A stretch of DNA of 64,000 bases, taken from IMG/VR virus record IMGVR_UViG_3300021400_001148, positions 32,001 through 96,000 of that record; one strand, 5' to 3'. Below the pieces are notes generated by a model. It did no database searches. It was not told the DNA's origin and saw only the letters and a program-made list of their open reading frames with translations. Position numbers and translations under genes: made by a program. The DNA comes from a virus (Duplodnaviria; Caudoviricetes). Positions 1 through 10,300 of this stretch are shown here, in pieces (positions within the stretch are counted from its first letter, which is position 1; every line of letters begins with the position of its first letter).

Positions 1-61
1 AGAAATTGCAAGTGGGATGACAATGAGGGTAATATAAAGATAGAAGTTTTTTAGGAATAGT

Positions 62-616
62 ATGGAAAATAACAAGGAGAATACGCAGGAATGGGGTGTG
101 AATATGTACATCCTCAGAAATGTATGGCTCAAGAATTCACTTATCAGGATAAGTGAAGAAAACCGTGACGACATTATGCTTGATATCTGTCCAGAAAAGA
201 ACTTTCGGCAGTCAGGGACTCTGTTTGATGTTGAGGGGTTTAGGGTTTACCTTTATTACCGTGGTGAAGAGACACGAAAGAAAATCATGGAAAATAAGGG
301 GCTCTTTAGTGAATGGTATGATACCGATTGTTACGATTTGTCTGAGAGCAGGGTTTCCGAACTGAGGAAACGAACCTATGAAGTAAAAAAGATATTTCAG
401 AAACTGACATTACTCAACAAAGAATTCCAAAAAGCAGTATCTGAAAGTGACGAGGACTTTAAACCAAAGAAAACCTGCAGAGACTGCTGGGATAATTACC
501 ATTGCCCAATGCCGCAAGAAGGATATGACTATGACCCGGACACCTGCCCGCATAATCTCGATAGGCGATTGGCCGATAATCGTACAACACTTACATCTAT
601 TGGGGCAAGTAACTGA
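62..616 (+). CDS. hypothetical protein
   Basis: 184-aa ORF in the co-directional gene run; C-terminal Cys/His cluster (CRDC..HC..CPH). Confidence 0.65.
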   Translation: MENNKENTQEWGVNMYILRNVWLKNSLIRISEENRDDIMLDICPEKNFRQSGTLFDVEGFRVYLYYRGEETRKKIMENKGLFSEWYDTDCYDLSESRVSELRKRTYEVKKIFQKLTLLNKEFQKAVSESDEDFKPKKTCRDCWDNYHCPMPQEGYDYDPDTCPHNLDRRLADNRTTLTSIGASN

Positions 617-670
617 TACTTTGCATATGTTTGCGTTGCTAAAAGAAAAAATTGTTAAAAAAGAAAAAAA

Positions 671-931
671 ATGGAAGAGAAAAAAACCCAGAGTGAGAAG
701 TGGCTCGATGAGACTGTGGAGAAGATTCCCAAGAATGGCCCGTACAAACTGGCCTGTGCGATAATCGGGCGGAAAATGAAATACAGTGAACTGATTAAGT
801 TTATTGAACACACGAATGTAAGGAAACTCCAGGAGAAAGAACTCTTTGAGGTTGCATTGAAAGAAGCCATCTCAATATACGAGTTTAACAACGGCCGGCT
901 TCCGGATGGTGTCGATACAAAAACTCTTTAG
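671..931 (+). CDS. hypothetical protein
   Basis: ORF with A-rich upstream region; TATGTTTG (TAnnTTTG) near 626. Confidence 0.65.
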   Translation: MEEKKTQSEKWLDETVEKIPKNGPYKLACAIIGRKMKYSELIKFIEHTNVRKLQEKELFEVALKEAISIYEFNNGRLPDGVDTKTL

Positions 932-933
932 AT

Positions 934-1281
934 ATGGATACAATAATTGGAGTCATAACTTTTGTGGCGATGATTGGGATATTCGTTCTCGGTTTTTGGC
1001 TTGACGAGCAACAAGAAAAGCGTGTAGCCGAAGAATATCGGAAGAAATGTATGGAAAAATTATCTTATGTTACTTCCGTTATGGACAGTTGTACGACATC
1101 ACAACAAGCTGCGGCAGTATTCATCTGGGCGAAGAATTTGGTGTATGATGAACTGAATTTTCTTAACAGGAACGCCTCCGTAGGCTCAGCACTTCGCAAT
1201 TTTAGCGTTTCGATTGACCTAAGATATAAAATAGCCTATCTTTTTGATAATAAAATAGCGGAAATACAAAGACATGAGTAA
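934..1281 (+). CDS. N-terminally membrane-anchored hypothetical protein
   Basis: hydrophobic N-terminus IIGVITFVAMIGIFVLGFW; tightly coupled to neighbouring genes. Confidence 0.7.
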   Translation: MDTIIGVITFVAMIGIFVLGFWLDEQQEKRVAEEYRKKCMEKLSYVTSVMDSCTTSQQAAAVFIWAKNLVYDELNFLNRNASVGSALRNFSVSIDLRYKIAYLFDNKIAEIQRHE

Positions 1282-2029
1282 TGCAAGAGAACATTTTGTG
1301 CTCTTGGTGGCAGGTGATAATCCATCTTCTCGCCTGAACCAGTTTGACAAGGAACAGCACAAAGAAAAAAAGATGGTTTATAAAAAATCTGATGCAAAAG
1401 AAATTCTCGAGAAATATAAGAAGACTTATGAGGAATTCATGAAGAATCAGCCGCCGGAGGAAATAACGGATTATATCACTGACCAATACAACTATCTTTG
1501 CCAGATGTCTCCGGAGGACTTCTACACCGAGGTGACACACGATATGGAATTGGACGCCGAGGGTAACGCGTGGGTTTACGAGAATCCCAATGCGAAGTTC
1601 AGATATTATGAACCGGCCGGAAAATTTGCCAACCCTCTCATCAATAAAGATGATGAAGAGGTGTATCAGGCAATTAAATCCGATATTGCGTGGGACCAGA
1701 TACATATGTCCGAGCGTGATGTGGCCTACTATGCCCGCGTTTGGGAAATGTGTGTAGAGGGTGAAGAACCGAGAAACGAAATTGAAGAGCGGGCATACAA
1801 AAACATGAAGGAACGAAAGGTGTATTTCCTTAATTTCGAAAACAAGGAAACCTATGTCGCCAGCAACACTTCTTTTTGGGCATATGCCTTTCTCGGTCTT
1901 GATGACAAGTGGGTTGATTTTGAGGATTCTGGCTGCACACAGTTTGATTGGATGACCAGTTTCTATGATAGGTTCATCAAAGACCTGCCCGAAGATACGC
2001 TTATAACAATTTATGAGTGTGCGAGGTAA
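1274..2029 (+). CDS. hypothetical phage protein
   Basis: 251-aa ORF overlapping the upstream stop. Confidence 0.75.
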   Translation: MSNAREHFVLLVAGDNPSSRLNQFDKEQHKEKKMVYKKSDAKEILEKYKKTYEEFMKNQPPEEITDYITDQYNYLCQMSPEDFYTEVTHDMELDAEGNAWVYENPNAKFRYYEPAGKFANPLINKDDEEVYQAIKSDIAWDQIHMSERDVAYYARVWEMCVEGEEPRNEIEERAYKNMKERKVYFLNFENKETYVASNTSFWAYAFLGLDDKWVDFEDSGCTQFDWMTSFYDRFIKDLPEDTLITIYECAR

Positions 2030-2058
2030 GATTGGTGGATTTTTTGTATATTTGTAAT

Positions 2059-3141
2059 ATGGAAAAAAACGATAAGATTACATTTGCAGAGTATGTGTCG
2101 CCGGGGCATCCCGATAAGGTGGCAGATATCATTTCGCAGTACATCCTTGACCGCTACATTGAGAAAGACCCCAATGTAAGATATGCGGTTGAAGTTATGG
2201 TAAAGGGGAATCATGTTCTTTTAACCGGGGAAGTGAGCAGTTCTTGTCATTTCGATGACAATGAATACCGGAACTTCGTTCGGCAGGCTTACGAAGAAAT
2301 TGGCTACACCCACGAATATTTTTTGAAATGGGGTAAGAAAAACATCATCGACCCGTGGGACCTCAATGTAGAAATTTACATTACTGCCCAAAGTCCAGAG
2401 ATTTCCCAAGGTGTTAATGCCGGCGGGTGGGGTGACCAAGGAGTTTTCTATGGGTATGCTGATTACGGAGGTGATGTCTATCATATGCCCAAAGCTCATT
2501 CTTATGCTAAGAGCCTTTGCCATGTTCTTTACAACGAGGCAAAAAACAATGATATAGGGGGACTTGACATCAAAACGGAAATTGTGATAGAAGGGGGTGA
2601 GGTTACAAAGGTTATAGCCGCAGTTCCTTGTCGTAACGATATAGAGAAAATGTCGGTTTACAAGAACATTTCTGCGTGGTGCACACTACATGAAATAACA
2701 GGTAGCAAAATCATCCTCAACGGAACGGGAAATTACACTTCTCACGGCCCTGTTGCTGACAGTGGTGTTACCGGAAGAAAACTTGCAGTTGATTTCTACG
2801 GTGGTGGATATGCAATTGGCGGCGGGGCTGTTATTAAAGATTCAACCAAGGCTGATGTGTCCCTCAATCTTTATGCAAGGAAAATGGCTCTTGAATATGC
2901 TGCAAAATATAATGCCACTTCTGTTATAGTGTCCCTTGCTTGCTGTATTGGTTCTCCTGTGGTAGATTATTGTGTTGAGGAGGTATGTGGCAGCGTACTC
3001 GAGTCAGGGAAGAAGAGCATTACACCGGCGGAACTGAAATCTCTGTTGGACCTCGATAAGCCTATTTACACTAGTATGCATATGTTCGGGCTTTTCGGGG
3101 AATTCCAGCAAGATAAAGCGTGGGAAGAGATATATTTATAG
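2059..3141 (+). CDS. metK: S-adenosylmethionine synthetase
   Basis: EYVSPGHPDKVAD, GDQG, DIKTE, GPVADSGVTGRK and GGGA..KD.TKAD motifs; start reassigned to ATG 2059, 4 nt after TATATTTG. Confidence 0.93.
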   Translation: MEKNDKITFAEYVSPGHPDKVADIISQYILDRYIEKDPNVRYAVEVMVKGNHVLLTGEVSSSCHFDDNEYRNFVRQAYEEIGYTHEYFLKWGKKNIIDPWDLNVEIYITAQSPEISQGVNAGGWGDQGVFYGYADYGGDVYHMPKAHSYAKSLCHVLYNEAKNNDIGGLDIKTEIVIEGGEVTKVIAAVPCRNDIEKMSVYKNISAWCTLHEITGSKIILNGTGNYTSHGPVADSGVTGRKLAVDFYGGGYAIGGGAVIKDSTKADVSLNLYARKMALEYAAKYNATSVIVSLACCIGSPVVDYCVEEVCGSVLESGKKSITPAELKSLLDLDKPIYTSMHMFGLFGEFQQDKAWEEIYL

Positions 3142-3154
3142 GAAAATTTTTTTT

Positions 3155-3877
3155 ATGGACAAGAGTTTGGAATTGATGGTGAGGATGGGCGTACTTCGTC
3201 CGGAAACTGTCTATGGCTTAAGGAAAATTAATGAACTAAATCTCGGGCGAATCCAGAAACACGGGGAGAATGGGATGGTTATAGTTTCGGCAAACAGGAG
3301 TTCCATTAAGTCAGACAATCCTCAGTGTGACTTGCTGGGAGATTATATCGCCTATCTTAAAGCAGAAAACCTCACGGATACCCCGAAACGGGAGAAAGAA
3401 TGGCTTGCAGCTAGGAACAAAGCGGCCGACAAGGACCTCAAGGAAAAACTTATTGCCGGAGGTTATTCGTTCAGTCCTGTTTTTGGCGGTTATCATGGTG
3501 AGGACGGTGTCGTTGACGACTTTGAACCCTCTTACATTATCTACAACTATGACAAAAATGGGAACCCCGGAAACTTCGAAGACTTGCTTGACTTGGCAAA
3601 AAAACTCTGTGGTGAATACAAGCAGGAAAGTGTATTTGTGAAGGGCCCGGGCGACGAGCCCCCAAAATACATAAACTCCGCTGGTGAACAGATAAACAAG
3701 TCTGCAAGCAACGACATGAAATTCAATCGGAAAACGGAATACTACACTACCACTGCTAGGGACCGTTCCAATCCACAGAAATTTTCTGCCAATGTGCTGT
3801 TTGAAAGCATGTACTATCGAGTTTATGAGAGAACTGAAAAAATGGAACATTCTCAGTATGGGGAGTACATTCTCTAA
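3155..3877 (+). CDS. DUF3293-like hypothetical protein, possibly late/virion
   Basis: IVSANR...GYSFSPVFGGY...EPSYII...YKQESV pattern; TATTTAT motif upstream. Confidence 0.55.
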   Translation: MDKSLELMVRMGVLRPETVYGLRKINELNLGRIQKHGENGMVIVSANRSSIKSDNPQCDLLGDYIAYLKAENLTDTPKREKEWLAARNKAADKDLKEKLIAGGYSFSPVFGGYHGEDGVVDDFEPSYIIYNYDKNGNPGNFEDLLDLAKKLCGEYKQESVFVKGPGDEPPKYINSAGEQINKSASNDMKFNRKTEYYTTTARDRSNPQKFSANVLFESMYYRVYERTEKMEHSQYGEYIL

Positions 3878-3934
3878 TTGAATCCGCGATAAATGTCGCG
3901 GATTTTTTGTATATTTGTGAAAAGCAAAACAAGA

Positions 3935-4852
3935 ATGAATGTACTTTTAACCGGGGCGAATGGTCAACTTGGACGGGCCATTGCCGATGCCCTTCAAGTG
4001 AGTTCTGAAACAGTCCATAACAACTGGATTTTAACAACAAGGGAAGATTTGGATGTAACCGACGAAGAAACAGTCGAGAAGTACATCCTTGAGAACAAAA
4101 TCAACATCATCGTGAACTGTGCGGCTTATACCGATGTTGACAAGGCTGAGGTTGAACGGGAAAAATGTGAAGCAGTTAATTCATTGGCCCCGGGGTACCT
4201 TGCCAAGGCTGCATCAAAAAACGGAGCACTTCTTATACATTTCAGTACCGATTATGTCTATAATGGAATGACTTTCTTCCCTTACGACGAAAAGAGGCAG
4301 ACCATGCCGAGAAATTATTATGGCTTAACTAAACTGAACGGTGAAAAGGCTATTATTGACTCGGGGTGCAGTTATGTGATATTCAGGCTGCAGGGGCTGT
4401 ATTCCAAATACAAGAAAAATTTCTTCTCGACTATTCTCGAAAAAGCCAGAAGCAATGAGTTTGAAGCAGTTCCTGTCGTAGCAGACCAAATTACGGGGAT
4501 TGTGAACGCTGAAACTGTGGCAACACATCTTTTGGAAATGATTGAAGGAAACCCTTATCTTCCGGGCAGATTGACAAATCGCGGAATTTACAACTTCAGC
4601 GACCTTGGATGTGCCTCTTGGTATGATTACGCTACCTATGCAATCAACTACTGTGGTCTTGCTCCGAAACACGCGAAACCCATCACATCCAAAGAATATA
4701 AGGAAATTAAAATCGGTGCAGCGGACAGGCCCCATTACAGTGTCTTGTCAAAAAGAAAGTACCAGAAAGACTTTTATCAGCCCCTGAACCACTGGTCTTA
4801 CTCACTGAATAATTATCTAGATTTTTATATGAAGAACAATGGCTGGAATTAA
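3935..4852 (+). CDS. rmlD: dTDP-4-dehydrorhamnose reductase
   Basis: TGANGQLG, NCAAYTDVDKAE, STDYVY, YGLTK, DQ and RP.YSVLS motifs. Confidence 0.93.
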   Translation: MNVLLTGANGQLGRAIADALQVSSETVHNNWILTTREDLDVTDEETVEKYILENKINIIVNCAAYTDVDKAEVEREKCEAVNSLAPGYLAKAASKNGALLIHFSTDYVYNGMTFFPYDEKRQTMPRNYYGLTKLNGEKAIIDSGCSYVIFRLQGLYSKYKKNFFSTILEKARSNEFEAVPVVADQITGIVNAETVATHLLEMIEGNPYLPGRLTNRGIYNFSDLGCASWYDYATYAINYCGLAPKHAKPITSKEYKEIKIGAADRPHYSVLSKRKYQKDFYQPLNHWSYSLNNYLDFYMKNNGWN

Positions 4853-5783
4853 AACAATCGTACTGGCGGGTGGAAAGGCAACAAGGCTTTATCCCACCAC
4901 CCTAGGAGTAAGCAAACAGCTGCTTCCTGTATATGACAAACCCTGTATTTATTATCCGATTTCCGTTGCAATGTTGGCGGGGTCCAGGGATATTCTCATT
5001 ATAACAAATCCGGAGAACATGAGTCCGTTTAAAAGGCTTCTTGGGACGGGGTCTGAACTTGGGGTTTCTTTTTCGTACGCACCGCAACAGAAGGCAAACG
5101 GTATTGCAGAAGCGTTTTTGATTGCTGAGCAATACGGGTTCCTCAAAGAAGGCGAGCCCTGCTGTTTGATTCTTGGTGACAACATATTTCACAGCACAGG
5201 CCTCTCTTCAAAGTTAAAGGCGGCTGCAAAGTTTGCAAAATATGGAAGGGCTTCCGTCTTCGGTTTTTATGTGAACGACCCCCGGAGATACGGGGTTTGT
5301 ACTGTCGACAAGACTGCGGTAATTGGAAATGGATTCCGGCCTTGTACCGGGATTGAGGAAAAACCGGAGAACCCAAAAAGCAACTATGCGGTGGTTGGTC
5401 TTTACTTTTATCCCGGGACTGTTCTTGAGAAGGTCAAACAACTGAAGCCGTCCGCAAGGGGTGAACTTGAAATCACAGACCTCAATAACCTTTATATTGC
5501 CGACGGTGGCAACCGGCTCGGAATACATCTTCTATCAAGGGCGACCGTCTGGTTTGATGCCGGTACATTTGACAGTTTGCTTGAAGCGTCCAATTATGTA
5601 CAGGCCGTACAGAAACGTACCGGATACGAAATCGCCTGCCTTGATGAAATTGCGTATAAGAACGGGTGGATAACCAAAGAGCAACTACTTCAAAACGCAC
5701 AAGAGAATGTCGGGAACACAGAACATCGAGCATATCTTGAAAAAATATGTCTTGAAGAAGAAGGCGGTGACGACGAAGATTAA
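4839..5783 (+). CDS. rmlA: glucose-1-phosphate thymidylyltransferase
   Basis: LAGGKATRLYP, SKQLLPVYDKP, LGDNIF, EEKP, SARGELEITD and WFDAGT motifs. Confidence 0.96.
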   Translation: MAGIKTIVLAGGKATRLYPTTLGVSKQLLPVYDKPCIYYPISVAMLAGSRDILIITNPENMSPFKRLLGTGSELGVSFSYAPQQKANGIAEAFLIAEQYGFLKEGEPCCLILGDNIFHSTGLSSKLKAAAKFAKYGRASVFGFYVNDPRRYGVCTVDKTAVIGNGFRPCTGIEEKPENPKSNYAVVGLYFYPGTVLEKVKQLKPSARGELEITDLNNLYIADGGNRLGIHLLSRATVWFDAGTFDSLLEASNYVQAVQKRTGYEIACLDEIAYKNGWITKEQLLQNAQENVGNTEHRAYLEKICLEEEGGDDED

Positions 5784-5784
5784 G

Positions 5785-5817
5785 AAAAATCCCGGGGAAT
5801 TTTCCTCGGGATTTTTT
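5785..5817. terminator. bidirectional intrinsic terminator
   Basis: AAAAATCCCGGGGA-ATTT-TCCTCGGGATTTTTT between convergent genes. Confidence 0.75.
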
Positions 5818-7294
5818 AATTGTTGTTCATGTTGTAGTTCAGGTAGTTTTCCAAGTCTTTGGATGAAAAGGTGTAATACCCCCCGGATTTGTATTTCCTT
5901 AGAGCCTTTACATACAGGAGAAAATCCGTACTCCAAAGTTTTTCCTTGACCCATTGGAATATTTCCATTTGTTTGCGAATGTCTCCATCCTGCCCGTCGA
6001 CGGGAAGTATGTAAAGCCCTCCGTAGACACCTGTTCCCTCAGTAGCAATTGTGATTTTCGGTTTTGTCTGGGGAGAAATGAGCGATGAGACCGGTAGTTT
6101 CCATTTGTAAGTATCGTTAATGGCTTGTGTTCTGCCGAAGGCATACCAATGTTCGGTTGTTGCTCTGGATTCCAGTTTCTCACGGTTTTCCGAAAGCCAC
6201 CCATAAACCTCAGGACTCTGCTGGCTCAGTTCGTCTTCAGGAACCAGTTTTCCGTATGCATTGTAGGGGTAGATGATGTACTTGTGTTCTCCCGTAGATG
6301 ATTTTATAACTCCTCTCAGATGCCTCCCGATGTTTCGGCCGTCTTTGGGTGTATAAATGAAAACATTGTCTGCCAGTGTTGCAAACCCATTTTTCACTAT
6401 AAATTCCTTTTCACAGTCAGGACACTGCCAATTGGTAATATTCTTCAACAAGTCAATCGTTTCCGGTGAAGCAAAATAAAATTTTCCATTTATGGTCACA
6501 TCATCATAATCGAATGACCGGTGCCAACCCGATGTTGAAAATTCAATCCTTCTTGTGAACGAGTCTTTTATGAAATGGCAAATTGCAACATATGCCGTTA
6601 CATTTTCGAAAATTTGTCGATGACCATAGTCATAGACTGAAACCAAGTTTTTATTTTCGAGGATGTATTCTCTCAGCGGTCTTCCGGCTACGGAAGTAAA
6701 CCAAGATGAAGGGGATATATAAACCATATGTCCGTTTTCGTTAAGCATTCTGAACCCGAGTTCATAGAATGCGAGATACAAATCAGTCATACCCCCCTGC
6801 GTGAATTTATAGTCTTTTATGCTGTCTAAAGTAATGTCGTGCACCCTGACATATGGCGGGTTTCCGATTAGATAATCTATTTTTCCGTCATAATCGTGGC
6901 ATGAAAGAGCATCACAATTGCGTATATCCCACACAATTGGGCCAAACTTGTACCTGCCTTCATCAAAATGCCAACTAACAAGTTGATTCAGCCACGAAAC
7001 ACATTTTTTGCACGATTCTTCATTAGTTTCAATTCCGTGCACACAATTTTCCAACCACCACTTAAGGTCAGCATCCTCACGGGGGGTTCTGTGGAATCTA
7101 TGTTCTTGGAAGACCCTGTTCAGTATGCATACAAGCATGTTTCCGGTTCCACAACTGTTGTCCATAATATGTTTGTGGTTCCTCACCAAGGATTCATACG
7201 AAAAAAGTGGGTCAAGGTCAAACATAGTATCGCACATTTTTTCAATGACCGGTGTCGGGGTGTATATCTCCCCGGTTTTCTTTTTCTTAGCCAT
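5816..7294 (-). CDS. N6-adenine DNA methyltransferase (gamma class, Eco57I/TaqI-like)
   Basis: GEIYTP, DNSCGTGNML (motif I), GNPPYV (motif IV), DLYLAFYE; own TATATTTG promoter at 7309-7316 on the minus strand. Confidence 0.9.
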   Translation of the reverse strand: MAKKKKTGEIYTPTPVIEKMCDTMFDLDPLFSYESLVRNHKHIMDNSCGTGNMLVCILNRVFQEHRFHRTPREDADLKWWLENCVHGIETNEESCKKCVSWLNQLVSWHFDEGRYKFGPIVWDIRNCDALSCHDYDGKIDYLIGNPPYVRVHDITLDSIKDYKFTQGGMTDLYLAFYELGFRMLNENGHMVYISPSSWFTSVAGRPLREYILENKNLVSVYDYGHRQIFENVTAYVAICHFIKDSFTRRIEFSTSGWHRSFDYDDVTINGKFYFASPETIDLLKNITNWQCPDCEKEFIVKNGFATLADNVFIYTPKDGRNIGRHLRGVIKSSTGEHKYIIYPYNAYGKLVPEDELSQQSPEVYGWLSENREKLESRATTEHWYAFGRTQAINDTYKWKLPVSSLISPQTKPKITIATEGTGVYGGLYILPVDGQDGDIRKQMEIFQWVKEKLWSTDFLLYVKALRKYKSGGYYTFSSKDLENYLNYNMNNN

Positions 7295-7360
7295 TACAAT
7301 ATTTTTCACAAATATACAAAAAAACTTGGGGATATTTATTTTATAATAAATGCTTTTTCA

Positions 7361-10300
7361 ATGGCAGAAATCACCGGAAAGACATTCAATTACAATAAAA
7401 CGGAACTCACCGTCAAGTTTCCACAAAACACCGGGACCACGGAAAATGTATATTCCGTACAGGTCAGCGGTACAGCCGTGGACGGTGTGACTCGTGTCTT
7501 ATCCAACACGGCCACAGTCCACCAGAATCCAAATGGGGCAATCTGGTTCAGCCCATCGGCATATTCCGGAGAAAGCGCTGGCGGAAATGCTGTTGTTGAG
7601 ATTTTTTTAGAAAATGTTGACGGCAGCACTTTACAGGTAACAGCGTGGGATGGGGCGTTTATCGTCAACCCCCATATTGAAAATGGGCAGATTCTTTTTT
7701 ATTTACGAGAAAACACCACTGCGGTTGGCCGTGGAGGCACTATAACAGTTTCCGGCTTTGACATAAATGGTGAAAGTATTGAATCTTCTCTTGAAATTGA
7801 ACAGGCTGCGGGGTTACCGGTTTCCATAAAAGTTTTGCCGGAAGAAACAGAGACTACATTCAGTGCGACCGAAGTCTTGTTCGGTATACAGATACTCAAT
7901 GGTAGCGTGGAATCTGGAACCATAGGCCTCGCCGCCCACTCGAGTAATGTCACAGAAAACAATCTGACGGTTTCCCAAGACGGGGCTACACTTGCAATTC
8001 CTGAAAACCAGAGTTACATCTCCCAAAACAAGTACACATTCAAAGTAAGTGCAATAACCACAAGTAACGAATATGTTGAGTCTAACGAGGCGGTTGTCCT
8101 ACAAAACCCAAGAACCACCAGCGGAACCTTGAGACTTACGGCCAGTTCTCGTGAAATATCATACTCTGCGAGAACCGCAACATTCAGGGTTGTCTCCGAG
8201 GGAATAGATAACATTGATGCTTGTGACGGACTTGGAACAATATCGGATGACATTCTGACGATTACTTTTCCGGCAAATGTTTCTTACACTGAAGAAATTT
8301 TTCTCAACGCCTGTGTTTCCGGCATTACTTCCAATGGCACAGTTGTAAGGGCTTATTCAATGGTGAAGCAGAGGAAGTGCCCCGGGCTTTTTCTCGGTGT
8401 TTCATCTGAAGACGCAAGACAACGGATGACTGATTTTGAACCGCAAGGCACCCCCTTTCAAATAGAGGCCCCGTGGTATACAACGTCTACGCTTCTTTGT
8501 TTTCTTTCGCCGAACCTGACAAATATAGGAATAAGTTCATTATCAGAGGGCGTTACAGCAGAAATCTTCAATGTTTCTGGGACTGTTTCTGTAACATTCC
8601 CACAGAATCTTGACGAATCTGGCATATCTGAACGAGTTCTTGTTGTCAGCGGCAAGACATCCGACGGGGGTGCTATCACTAAAACCTGTAAAATTATACA
8701 GGACGCTATGGCCGGTGGAAGAATAATCCTCGGCCTTCAGGGAAGCATTGAAACTACAGAAACCGATGTAGATTCATTGCCCCATACAATAAACCTTGAA
8801 TATCAGACCACAGGCGTTACAAATCTCGAAATCTCGTCTGCCACAAGACCAATTGGCATTGAAATATCGAAAGCCTTTTCCGGGGACAATGGAGTGACAA
8901 TAAATATTGGTGAAAACAGGTCGTATACACAGAACTGTTTTTATGAGGTGGTCGTCAAAGGAACCAACGGAAATGGTGATGAGGTAGTATCCAATGTGTT
9001 TACCATTGTTCAAGGACAAAAGGTAATTCCACCGGCAAGGATATTTTTCAATCTCGAAGGGTGTGACGGCACTGGTGAATGTGAATCTGATGTTGAGGAT
9101 TATTCCACCGGTGCAGCATATTCATATACATCTGAAAATATTAGCGAAGGTTCGCTCGAGGTGTTTTTCGACGAAGGAAGTGCAGACGATGCAACACTGT
9201 CTTTTGATTCGGAAAACGTATATATAAATTTTGATGGATACCCTGACGAAGACAAAACATATCATATTATCCTTAAAGGGTATGATTTGTCAGGGCAAAA
9301 TGAGATTGTGTGTCTTTCACCACTCACGGTTGTGCACCATGCAATGTCAATCCCTGTGTTGGAAGCAACCTTTGAAGGCGGCACGAGCGGAGAAATCGGC
9401 GTGGAGGTTGTTGCGAATTGTGACGAAACGGAGGCCATTCTAATCATAAGAGGCGAAAACCTCGATTTCTCTTACCTTCCAACCCTTTCAGGCCAGCGGT
9501 GCTCGTTTAGTGTCGGCCAATGGGAAAACCGGGTTTGCCAATGCACTGTTTCCTATCCCGAAAACGAAAATTACAGGGATGATACTCACGAATATGATGA
9601 ATACCATATAACCCTTTCAGCCGTTGCGTTGAATGGGGCTGCAGTTTCTTACGAAAAGGACATCGTAATAAAACAAAACCGTTGTAAAACCCCGCCGTCT
9701 GTTAACCTCACCCTTTCCAGAATAAACGGGGAAAACGTTCCCAGTGGCTCAACAATACCATATGATGCTGATAACATTACTTGGAAAATCACAACCTCTT
9801 ACATTCAATCCGGAACAGTTGAAATAACACTCCCGGAATCTGGCTCATTCATAAAAGATGTTGAGGAAGTCGTCAATGGCGAAGAAGAACTATGGGAAGG
9901 AGAGGCGTTGTCCAATCTCTACAAGAAGGAAAAACTTTGGAAGGTTTCATCTTCCCCGGAAACCACTCATATAACTGACACTGGAACGACACATATAGAG
10001 CAGAACAGTGGCACGACAACGAATATAGTGTCGATATCCGGAAACGGAATATCCTATTCAGCGGTTACTGCTTCTGTAATTGTCACAGCAGTCACATATG
10101 ACAGCGTCGTTGTTTATGCTCCGGGAGCCGGCGGTGAAGTGGTCCTCGAATATGGGCAGGGTATTGTGAACCCAACAATTGTCACTGGTGGTACCATCGG
10201 CTGCTGTACAGGAATTTCTTTGGACTCTGCCAATAGAAAAGTCATTGCAAGATTCACAGAAAACACTGGAAACACCGAATCGTCGCCTATTACAGTAAAG

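Noticed and set aside
6968-7360. N-terminal extension of the 1383-aa ORF
   Set aside because: It overlaps the methyltransferase gene and its promoter on the opposite strand; ATG 7361 is the better start.
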